32,000 nt of DNA, from NCBI RefSeq assembly GCF_000020025.1, contig NC_010628.1, forward strand, positions 5,580,001 through 5,612,000, read 5' to 3'. The DNA is from Nostoc punctiforme PCC 73102 (GTDB taxonomy: Bacteria; Cyanobacteriota; Cyanobacteriia; Cyanobacteriales; Nostocaceae). The notes below the pieces were generated by a model. The model was not told the origin of the DNA. It searched no databases and worked only from the letters and a program-made list of their open reading frames with translations. Made by a program: the position numbers and the translations under genes. Shown one piece after another: positions 8,251 to 15,690 of the stretch (its first letter is position 1; every line of letters starts with the position of its first letter).

Positions 8251-8305
8251 CCCGGCGATTGGAAATCGTGGCTACACAGACGAAACCCGCCTGTGCGGGT
8301 TAAAG
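8251..8305 (+). repeat. REP-like element copy B
   Basis: The sequence cccggcgattggaaatcgtggctacacagacgaaacccgcctgtgcgggttaaag has the same architecture as copy A. It sits immediately 5' of the RAYT ORF. Confidence 0.8.
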
Positions 8306-8308
8306 AAA

Positions 8309-8722
8309 ATGAGAGCAAATTTTACGCAATTGTATCTACATTATGTTTGGGCGACATAGGATAGATTACCCTTAATTACGCCTGATATTCAAAAGGAAGT
8401 TTACGGCGCAATTATCCGCGAATCTGAGGAGTTAAAATGTACCATCATTGCAATTGGTGGGATTGAAGATCATGTGCATTTCCTGACAGGTTTTCCATCA
8501 ACCATCAGTGTCTCTGAATGGGTTAAACAAATTAAGGGAAGTTCTTCGCATTTCATCACCCACGAAATCAAACCGGGTGAGTTTTTCAAATGGCAAGGTA
8601 GCTACGCAGCATTTACAGTTAGTCATGATGCCATCGACAGTGTAGCCAATTACATCAGAAACCAACCCACCCACCATAGCCAAAAATCAATCATTCCCAC
8701 CTGGGAACTGACTCCCAAGTAA
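8309..8722 (+). pseudogene. REP-associated tyrosine transposase (RAYT, IS200/IS605 TnpA-like) with one in-frame TAG
   Basis: Translation gives MRANFTQLYLHYVWAT*DRLPLITPD...GIEDHVHFL (HUH motif)...WQGSYAAFTVS (Tyr motif). The stop at 8357-8359 splits an otherwise intact reading frame. REP copies flank it in inverted orientation. Confidence 0.8.
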
Positions 8723-8744
8723 ATGAACAACTATGTATGAATTT

Positions 8745-8796
8745 AGTCCGCGGAGGCGGACTTTGCCTGTGTAGCTGCGAATTCCATTCGCCCGGT
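8745..8796 (-). repeat. REP-like element copy C (inverted)
   Basis: The reverse complement accgggcgaatggaattcgcagctacacaggcaaagtccgcctccgcggact matches copy A. Confidence 0.8.
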
Positions 8797-8822
8797 ATCT
8801 TATAAACCTTGCTTAAAAACTA

Positions 8823-10808
8823 ATGATATTTCTTGAACTCGTTCTACAAAACTTTGGCCCGTATAGCGGAAAACAAGTAATCAACCTTAACCCAAAAATT
8901 GATGAGGAAACCTCACACCCAATTATTCTCTTAGGTGGGATGAATGGCGGCGGAAAAACTACCCTTATGGATGCCATTCGTCTCGCTCTTTATGGCGCTC
9001 GTGCCCAATGTTCTACCCGTGGTAATTTAAGTTATAGCGATTTTCTCAACCAATGTGTTAACAACAAAATTGATCCAGTTGCAGACACCCGGATTGAATT
9101 ACTTTTTGAACATATTGAAAACGATAAACCAATAAAATACCGTGTTGTGCGTAGTTGGACAAAAAATCCTAAAGATGGTAAAGATACATTAGGTATTTTA
9201 GGTGACAGTGATACATGGCCCGATGCTTTAGTTAATATCTGGGATGAATATATTGAAAATCTCCTGCCATTAGGAATTTCTAACTTATTTCTCTTTGATG
9301 GTGAACAAGTTAAAGAACTCGCAGAACAGGAAACACCACCACCAGTTGTAGTAGACGCAATTCGCGGACTTTTAGGTTTAGAGTTAGCAGATCGTTTAGC
9401 AGTTGATTTAGATATCTTAGTTAACCGTAAACTGAAAGAAGTTGGTAATAGTAAAGATTTAGCAAACCTAGAAGAAATTGAAACTAGGTTAACCCAACAG
9501 CAAGAAGATTATCAAACAACAGGAGAAAAATTAGAAACTCTCAAAAATCAGGTAGAAGAGTTAGAACAAAAGCAGCAAGAAGCCTTTGATAAATTCATTT
9601 CTGAAGGTGGGAAGATTGCTGCAGAACGCAATCAGCTAGAACTACAACAGGATACAAAAACTGCGGAAATTGAACAAGTACGTCAGTCAATGTGTGAATT
9701 GGCGGCTGATGTTTTACCTTTGGCATTAATTCCCAATTTGCTTAATCAGGTGCAGACACAGGGCGAAAAAGAATTTCGCCATCAACAGGTACAAATCTCC
9801 AAGGATTTGTTACTTAAACGAGATCAGCGCTTACTCGCTTGGCTAAATCAAGTAGAAATTTCTCCGATACAAGTTGAAAAAATCCAATCATTTTTAATCC
9901 AAGATGTAGATAGTTTATATGCAAAGACTATCCAGATAGAAGCAGCTTGGCTATTAGCCGATGATGAAAGTTTAAGTCAGCTAGATAACCTTATATATCA
10001 TTTACAAAATTCTAAAATTTCTGCAAAAGAGAAATTAGCTATTCTCAAAAATAAAGGAGAAGAAATTCATACTTTAGAAAGACAAGTGCAAACAGCAGCA
10101 GCACCAGAAGATTATACAAAGCTGCGTCAAGCATTAGAAACGGCACAAAATCAAGTTGTTGAAGCTAAAGCAAATTATGAAACAATCCGCCGCCGTTTAG
10201 CTGAATTAGAAACTGTTATTGCTAAGTCAAAGAGAGAATTAAGTGATTATACCGTAGAAAATATTAAACATAAAAATAGCGAACATATTATTACCTCAGC
10301 AGCGAAAGTTCAAGAAACACTCAAGACTTTTCGGGAAAAATTAACTCTGCGAAAACTCAATAAATTAGAGGAGGAAGTTAAAAATTGCTTCCTTTATCTC
10401 CTGCACAAATCAGATTTAGTGCATCGTATCACTATTGATACCAAGACCTTTAGCCTTTTGCTTTATGATTTAAATGGTAAACCTGTACCTAAACATCGCC
10501 TCTCTGCTGGGGAAAAACAACTACTTGCGATCGCATTCCTTTGGGGTTTAGCCAAAGTCTCTGGACACCGCCTACCAGTAGCAATCGATACGCCACTAGG
10601 TAGACTAGACTCCTCTCACCGCAGTAATTTAGTTGAACGTTACTTTCCATCCGCCAGTCACCAAGTAATTTTGCTATCTACGGATACGGAGATTGGCAAG
10701 AAAGAAGTGGAAACACTGCGAGAAAATGAAGCGATCGCCCGTGAATATCTGCTCAAATATGACTCTACCACCCGCCAAACTACCATACAACCAGGATATT
10801 TTTGGTAA
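8823..10808 (+). CDS. dndD: DNA sulfur modification protein DndD (SMC-like ATPase)
   Basis: N-terminal MIFLELVLQNFGPYSG, Walker A GGMNGGGKTT, a long coiled coil, the signature LSAGEKQLLAIAF, and Walker B PVAIDTPLGRLD. Confidence 0.9.
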   Translation: MIFLELVLQNFGPYSGKQVINLNPKIDEETSHPIILLGGMNGGGKTTLMDAIRLALYGARAQCSTRGNLSYSDFLNQCVNNKIDPVADTRIELLFEHIENDKPIKYRVVRSWTKNPKDGKDTLGILGDSDTWPDALVNIWDEYIENLLPLGISNLFLFDGEQVKELAEQETPPPVVVDAIRGLLGLELADRLAVDLDILVNRKLKEVGNSKDLANLEEIETRLTQQQEDYQTTGEKLETLKNQVEELEQKQQEAFDKFISEGGKIAAERNQLELQQDTKTAEIEQVRQSMCELAADVLPLALIPNLLNQVQTQGEKEFRHQQVQISKDLLLKRDQRLLAWLNQVEISPIQVEKIQSFLIQDVDSLYAKTIQIEAAWLLADDESLSQLDNLIYHLQNSKISAKEKLAILKNKGEEIHTLERQVQTAAAPEDYTKLRQALETAQNQVVEAKANYETIRRRLAELETVIAKSKRELSDYTVENIKHKNSEHIITSAAKVQETLKTFREKLTLRKLNKLEEEVKNCFLYLLHKSDLVHRITIDTKTFSLLLYDLNGKPVPKHRLSAGEKQLLAIAFLWGLAKVSGHRLPVAIDTPLGRLDSSHRSNLVERYFPSASHQVILLSTDTEIGKKEVETLRENEAIAREYLLKYDSTTRQTTIQPGYFW

Positions 10809-10851
10809 CTCCCTCCTCTTTTCTCTGTCTCCTCTGTACCTCTGCGGTTCG
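10809..10851 (-). repeat. Short dispersed repeat (SDR) filling the dndD-dndE spacer
   Basis: The reverse complement aacgaaccgcagaggtacagaggagacagagaaaagaggagggag aligns with the copy at 1332-1367. Confidence 0.7.
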
Positions 10852-10865
10852 TTAATCAAAAACTT

Positions 10866-11252
10866 ATGGAATCACCAATAGAAAGAATTAAACTCTCCCA
10901 AACAGCCAAAGATCAACTTACCAAACTTAAGCGCAGCACTAAAATCGACCAATGGAATATTTTATGCCGTTGGGCGTTTTGTCGTTCCCTCGCGGAAGCA
11001 ACCACACCTTCCCCCGTCCCAATTCCCCAGGATAGCAACGTCGAAATGAGTTGGCGCGTTTTTGGTGGCGAAATGTCTGATATACTCCTTCTCGCCCTCA
11101 AGCAACGCTGTCACAATGACGGCTATCCCACCGACAAAGAAACCCTCGCCACCCAGTTCCGCCTGCATTTGCATCGCGGTATTGGCTATTTAGCAGGCGA
11201 TCCAAATATCAAGAAAATTGAAGATTTAATTGAACTAGCGGTTAAAAATTGA
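10866..11252 (+). CDS. dndE: DNA sulfur modification protein DndE
   Basis: A 128-aa ORF directly after dndD. RIKLSQTAKDQLTKLKRSTKIDQWNILCRWAFCRSL is typical of the DndE N-terminus. Confidence 0.8.
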   Translation: MESPIERIKLSQTAKDQLTKLKRSTKIDQWNILCRWAFCRSLAEATTPSPVPIPQDSNVEMSWRVFGGEMSDILLLALKQRCHNDGYPTDKETLATQFRLHLHRGIGYLAGDPNIKKIEDLIELAVKN

Positions 11253-11256
11253 AAGG

Positions 11257-11316
11257 ATATTAGTTGACTGTTAACTGTTCACTGTTCACTGTTCACTGTT
11301 AACTGACAACTAATAT
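11257..11316 (+). repeat. STRR-like heptamer array (ACTGTTC/ACTGTTA) enclosed in a 19-bp imperfect inverted repeat
   Basis: The arms atattagttgactgttaac (11257-11275) and gttaactgacaactaatat (11298-11316) pair at 17 of 19 positions. The loop holds tgttcac heptamers. The element ends 1 nt before the ATG at 11318. Confidence 0.85.
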
Positions 11317-11317
11317 T

Positions 11318-12775
11318 ATGCCTGAAGCGCTAGAAATTGAGCGTCATAGAGCTGCGATCGCTCGCATTGATATATCTCGCCCTGTACGATTGGCTATAGA
11401 AGGGTCAATCCTCAATCAAGACACCACTTTTTTTGACTACGGTTGCGGCTACGGTGGTGATGTGCAGCGAGTAAAAAACTTAGGCTACACCAGTGCAGGC
11501 TGGGACCCTTACTACTATCCTGATGTGCCACGCACCCCCGCCGATGTAGTCAATCTAGGTTACGTCCTCAACGTTATTGAAGACTCAGAAGAACGCCGTC
11601 AAAGCCTGATCCAAGCCTGGGAACTCACTGGGAAAGTTTTAATTGTCGCGGCTCAAATACTGATTAACGCTCCCAGCAAAACCCAGTTTGCTTACAATGA
11701 TGGCATTGTGACGCGCCGCAATACTTTTCAGAAATATTACGAACAACAAGAACTCAAAACTTATATTGATGAAGTCTTAAATGTAGATGCAGTACCGATC
11801 GCACTAGGCGTTTACTTTGTTTTTCGAGATGAAGCTGAAAAAGAAAGCTACAAAGCTATCCGCTTCTTTTCTGTGACTTCTACACCGCGAGTTCGCATTC
11901 CCACCAAGCGGTTTGAAGACTATCAAGAACAGCTGCAACCCTTAATGGCTTTTTTTACCAAGCGCGGTAGACTACCTGTGAAAGGCGAATTGGAAAATGA
12001 ACAGGAATTACTGAGCGAATTTGGTAACTTCCGCCGCGCCTTTGGTGTAGTTTTGCAAGCTACTGATGAGGCTGAATGGGATGCGATCGCTTATCGTCGT
12101 TCTCTTGATATCCAAGTTTATCTCGCCCTGACTCACTTTGATAAACGTCCTGCATGGCAAAAGTTAGCGCCAGAAATGCGTCACGATATCAAAGCCTTTT
12201 TTAGTAGTTATGAAGAAGCTTGTCAAGTAGCCGATCAAAAGCTTTTCAGCTTAGGCAAACCTGGGGTGATTCAAAATGCTTGTGAAAAAAGCAAAATTGG
12301 TAAACATACGCGTGGTGCGCTTTACGTCCATGTTTCCGCACTAGCAGCACTTGACCCAGTACTACGAATTTGTGAAGGTTGCGCTAGCCGTACTATTGGA
12401 CGTGTCGATGAAGCCACATTAATTAAATATCACACCGATAAGCCGCAAATCTCCTATCTGTCTTACCCCGAATTCGATACCGATCCTCATCCCGCGTTAA
12501 AAGCCAGCATCGGTATTGATTTAAAAACCTTATTTGTCACTCATCGAGACTACGAAACTAGAGCAAATCCGCCGATTTTGCACCGTAAGGAAACATTTGT
12601 TACCAGCAACTACCCACGCTACGAAGAATTTGCTAAACTCACCCAACAAGAACAGCAATTAGGATTACTCAATAGCAAAAGCGACATTGGTACGCGTGAA
12701 GGTTGGGAAAAATGCCTTGCTGCACACAGAGTAGAGATCAGGGGGCATCAAGTTTATTCCATTAAGGAAAATTAA
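11318..12775 (+). CDS. dnd-associated putative SAM-dependent methyltransferase
   Basis: Contains methyltransferase motif I (FFDYGCGYGGDV), then NLGYVLNVIED, then a long C-terminal region of about 300 aa with no motif I recognise. Position after dndE fits the curated family of DNA phosphorothioation-associated putative methyltransferases (TIGR04096, recalled from memory). Confidence 0.75.
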   Translation: MPEALEIERHRAAIARIDISRPVRLAIEGSILNQDTTFFDYGCGYGGDVQRVKNLGYTSAGWDPYYYPDVPRTPADVVNLGYVLNVIEDSEERRQSLIQAWELTGKVLIVAAQILINAPSKTQFAYNDGIVTRRNTFQKYYEQQELKTYIDEVLNVDAVPIALGVYFVFRDEAEKESYKAIRFFSVTSTPRVRIPTKRFEDYQEQLQPLMAFFTKRGRLPVKGELENEQELLSEFGNFRRAFGVVLQATDEAEWDAIAYRRSLDIQVYLALTHFDKRPAWQKLAPEMRHDIKAFFSSYEEACQVADQKLFSLGKPGVIQNACEKSKIGKHTRGALYVHVSALAALDPVLRICEGCASRTIGRVDEATLIKYHTDKPQISYLSYPEFDTDPHPALKASIGIDLKTLFVTHRDYETRANPPILHRKETFVTSNYPRYEEFAKLTQQEQQLGLLNSKSDIGTREGWEKCLAAHRVEIRGHQVYSIKEN

Positions 12776-12863
12776 AGAATAATCACACTGTTAAAGTATT
12801 GCTGATATGTATCTTAAATAAAGAAAATCTTAGCAGGTTTGTGTGTTTACACGAAATTAGACA

Positions 12864-12885
12864 GCAGTTATGGCAAGATAACTGC
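12864..12885 (+). terminator. Possible stem-loop at the right edge of the dnd island
   Basis: The sequence gcagttat-ggcaag-ataactgc forms a perfect 8-bp stem. An A/T-rich tail follows, but there is no clean T-run. Confidence 0.3.
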
Positions 12886-12918
12886 AATTCAATTAAATAA
12901 AAAGGAATCTTCAAGATT

Positions 12919-14193
12919 GTGCAAGTAAATAAATCGCTGCTACGAATTTTTGGCAGCCAGAAGATGGGAGCTTTGTTATTTCTTGGCTTCTCATCAGGGT
13001 TGCCGTTATATTTAACCAGTCAGACATTACAAGCCTGGTTGACCAAAGAAGGAATTAGCTTGGCAGCGATCGCCGCTTTTAGTTTAGTAAAGCTGCCCTA
13101 TTCTTTAAAATTTCTCTGGTCGCCTTTACTAGATAGATTTGTACCACCTTTTTTGGGGCGACGCAGAGGTTGGCTGGTAATTACACAAGTAGCATTACTG
13201 TTAAGTATAGCTGTAATGGCTCTACAACACCCATCCCAAGGGCTACAACCTTTAATAATTGCTGCTGTAGCCGTTGCCTTTTTTAGCGCCAGCCAAGACA
13301 TTTTAGTTGATGCTTACCGCACTGATGTCGTGGAAGTAGAAGAAAGAGGTGCTGGAGCATCTATTTACTTATTGGGTTATCGTGTTGCCATTCTAGTAAC
13401 CGGTTATGTCACCCTATTTTTGGCAGATAGGATGCCTTGGCAAGCTGTTTACTTGTTGATGTCGCTGTTGATGCTCGTGGGCTTAGTAAGTTCTATTTTT
13501 GCACCAGAACCAGTCCTACGCGATCGCCCGCCTCAGACTTTAGGAGCTGCCGTCAAATTACCCTTCATTGAATTTTTCCAGCGTCATGGCTGGTTACAAG
13601 GACTTTTAATCCTGATATTCATTGTGATTTACAAATTAGGAGATTCTTTACTAAAGAATGTATCCACCCCATTTTTGTTAGATAAAGGCTTACATTTCAC
13701 TCAAACCGACATCGCATTTCCTGGTGCATTGGGAATTTTCGCCACTATTGTTGGCACTTTGGCAGCAGGAGCAATAATCACCAAAATTGGTGTTAATCGA
13801 TCGCTCTGGATATTTGCCATCCTGCAAGCTGTCGGCAACTTAGCTTTCTTTGCGTTGGCAGTAGTCGGTAAAAACTTCTATCTAATGTTAGCTGCCGTTA
13901 ATATAGAACAATTCTGTGCTGGTTTAGAAACTGCTGCTTTTGTAGCATTTTTGATGAGTCTTTGTAACCAAAGCTTTTCAGCTACACAGTACGCCTTACT
14001 TTCGAGTTTACAAGCTTTTAGTAGAGATATTCTCACAGCTCCAGCAGGTACATGGGCGCAAGCCACCGGCTGGTCTACATTCTTTTTACTCACAGCAATA
14101 GCTGCTTTGCCAGGATTACTATTATTGCCATTCTTTGCACCTTGGAATCCAAAGCCAGTGGTAGTATTATCCAGACCAGGATTAGACGACTAA
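12919..14193 (+). CDS. ampG: AmpG-family MFS transporter (muropeptide permease type)
   Basis: Contains GALLFLGFSSGLPLYLTSQTLQAWL...LPYSLKFLWSPLLDRF and about 12 hydrophobic segments. The start may be GTG at 12919 or ATG at 12964. Confidence 0.85.
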   Translation: MQVNKSLLRIFGSQKMGALLFLGFSSGLPLYLTSQTLQAWLTKEGISLAAIAAFSLVKLPYSLKFLWSPLLDRFVPPFLGRRRGWLVITQVALLLSIAVMALQHPSQGLQPLIIAAVAVAFFSASQDILVDAYRTDVVEVEERGAGASIYLLGYRVAILVTGYVTLFLADRMPWQAVYLLMSLLMLVGLVSSIFAPEPVLRDRPPQTLGAAVKLPFIEFFQRHGWLQGLLILIFIVIYKLGDSLLKNVSTPFLLDKGLHFTQTDIAFPGALGIFATIVGTLAAGAIITKIGVNRSLWIFAILQAVGNLAFFALAVVGKNFYLMLAAVNIEQFCAGLETAAFVAFLMSLCNQSFSATQYALLSSLQAFSRDILTAPAGTWAQATGWSTFFLLTAIAALPGLLLLPFFAPWNPKPVVVLSRPGLDD

Positions 14194-14204
14194 CAAGAGG
14201 ATAT

Positions 14205-14615
14205 ATGGGGAATCAAGTAGTTATTGCTGTCGGCACATTTATTCTCTTACTCACTGGTTTATTACTTGGCTATGTTCTCTCACAGTTAGTTCTAGGATTT
14301 CTAGCATTTAACCTCCTAACTTTTTTCGGAACACTCAGCCTAATTTTAATTTTTGGTACACTTTATTACGTTTTATTTTGGCAATTGCGGAGAGATCAGT
14401 CCCGGCCATCAACTATAAATCAAGGGATACCAGCCCAGGTAGACGATGGTGTATCTGATAGCTATCTCAAAAACAGGCTAATCGCTAAATTATCCGGTGA
14501 CACTGCTGCTGCCGAACGGTTAATTGAACAGGCAAAGGAAACTTATCCTGGAATGCCGGAAAATTGGTATTGCGAAAGAGTGCTTGATGACTTAGAGCGC
14601 GATCGCGGCCAATAG
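14205..14615 (+). CDS. Hypothetical membrane protein (2 TM helices plus a conserved C-terminal ...WYCERVLDDLERDR motif)
   Basis: The ATG at 14205 is preceded by aagagg at 14194-14199. The longer ORF-track version (14052) would overlap ampG by about 140 nt. Confidence 0.6.
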   Translation: MGNQVVIAVGTFILLLTGLLLGYVLSQLVLGFLAFNLLTFFGTLSLILIFGTLYYVLFWQLRRDQSRPSTINQGIPAQVDDGVSDSYLKNRLIAKLSGDTAAAERLIEQAKETYPGMPENWYCERVLDDLERDRGQ

Positions 14616-14774
14616 TATTGTGGAATCAGGTGATAAGGGAGATGGGGAGAAAGAATAACTAATGCCCCATTCTCCATTCTCTTGCACAGAAAATCGCTAA
14701 AATAAATCAGGAATACTTCACAAATCTTCAGCTAAGTTCTCATAAAAGTTCGTAGCTCTCTTTGCAATTAAAAT

Positions 14775-14966
14775 ATGGCTATTTTTCGTCAATACATCGC
14801 CCCACTGCTTGTAGTTTTGGTATTTGTCTTTGCCCTAGTCGCTGTCAGCGCCCGTATCTTTTTACCCTCCGATATGGCAGCACCCGCACCAATTGAAGAG
14901 GTGGGGATAAGTTCTCAACCCACTCCTGTTAATTTGCCACCAACAGCACAAAACTCAGCTAGCTAA
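14775..14966 (+). CDS. Small hypothetical membrane protein (63 aa)
   Basis: ATG start, one clear TM helix (IAPLLVVLVFVFALVAVSARIF) and a Pro-rich tail. No homology call is possible. Confidence 0.45.
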   Translation: MAIFRQYIAPLLVVLVFVFALVAVSARIFLPSDMAAPAPIEEVGISSQPTPVNLPPTAQNSAS

Positions 14967-14983
14967 GTTAATAAACGCCAGAA

Positions 14984-15517
14984 GTGTCTGAGCAACTACT
15001 ACCTGGGTATATGATTCGCCGTGGTTCCACATTGGATCGAGCGCTACTGCTTAAATTCATGCAGCGAACTTACCAGGATCTTTTTCCCAATGAGGATTTT
15101 TCTCACCTAGAGCAAACAGTTAAGCAATACTTTTCCAGCGATACGCCCTTGTGGTGGGTAGAAGAGGAGGGGGAGCAGGGGAGCAGGGGAGCAGGGGAGC
15201 AAGGGAATAATAAAAAATTTCTCTCCTCTGCCCCCCATCCCTCCATCGCCTGCCTTTGGGTGGGTAACGCCATAGATCAAGTGCAGGGTAATCGTCATGC
15301 TCACATCTTTATTCTCTACGTTGTGCCAGAACATCGGCGGCGAGGTATTGGCACAGCCTTGATGCGATATGTGGAAAATTGGGCTATTCAAAGAGGCGAT
15401 CGCCAGATAGGATTACAAGTGTTTCAATCAAACAAACCCGCATTAAATCTTTACAATCAGTTAGGTTATCAAACCCAATCCCTGTGGATGGTAAAATTCC
15501 TGAGTGCAGAAAAATAA
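14984..15517 (+). CDS. GNAT family N-acetyltransferase carrying an in-frame repeat insertion
   Basis: GNAT motif A is present (VVPEHRRRGIGTALMRYVENWA) together with LNLYNQLGYQ. The start may be GTG at 14984 or ATG at 15011. Nucleotides 15171-15244 are a G-array/C-array repeat element. Confidence 0.8.
   Translation: MSEQLLPGYMIRRGSTLDRALLLKFMQRTYQDLFPNEDFSHLEQTVKQYFSSDTPLWWVEEEGEQGSRGAGEQGNNKKFLSSAPHPSIACLWVGNAIDQVQGNRHAHIFILYVVPEHRRRGIGTALMRYVENWAIQRGDRQIGLQVFQSNKPALNLYNQLGYQTQSLWMVKFLSAEK
15171..15244 (+). repeat. G-array (GGGAGCAG x4) / A-T spacer / C-rich arm element inside the GNAT CDS
   Basis: The sequence is gggagcaggggagcaggggagcaggggagcaagggaataataaaaaatttctctcctctgccccccatccctcc. 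It translates as GEQGSRGAGEQGNNKKFLSSAPHPS. Confidence 0.8.
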
Positions 15518-15649
15518 ACTAGAGGATAGACGTAAAATACTTTAGCGTCTGAGTTGTAGCAGTTCTCGTTTGGATAAAACTCAACGAGGGGAAAGTGAAG
15601 TGTATAATTACGCAACTAATACTTATAAAGTTTTAACTTATTGGTACGG

Positions 15650-15673
15650 GGGATTATGTATTAATCCCTTTTT
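15650..15673 (+). terminator. Possible intrinsic terminator after the GNAT gene
   Basis: The sequence gggatta-tgtat-taatccc is followed by ttttt. The stem is AT-rich. An alternative pairing aatccc/gggatt (15663-15679) is possible. Confidence 0.4.
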
Positions 15674-15690
15674 GGGATTGAAATGAAATT

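Noticed and set aside
10693-10881. 62-aa plus-strand ORF bridging the dndD 3' end and the dndE 5' end
   Set aside because: It is out of frame with dndD, reads through the SDR repeat (…SLLFSLSPLYLCGS…) and overlaps the dndE start. It is an artefact of repeat sequence.
11266-11306. Possible CRISPR or other spacer-containing array among the many short tandem repeats (also 25291-25350, 27819-27925, 28476-28629, 1968-2073)
   Set aside because: Periods are 7-9 nt with no unique spacers. The one exception is a single 53-bp duplication with no spacer. No cas genes are present. These are STRR-type microsatellites or tandem duplications, not CRISPR.
14052-14204. N-terminal extension of the ORF 14052-14615
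   Set aside because: The extension would overlap the ampG 3' end by about 140 nt. An in-frame ATG at 14205 with an aagagg Shine-Dalgarno-like sequence just after the ampG stop is the better start.
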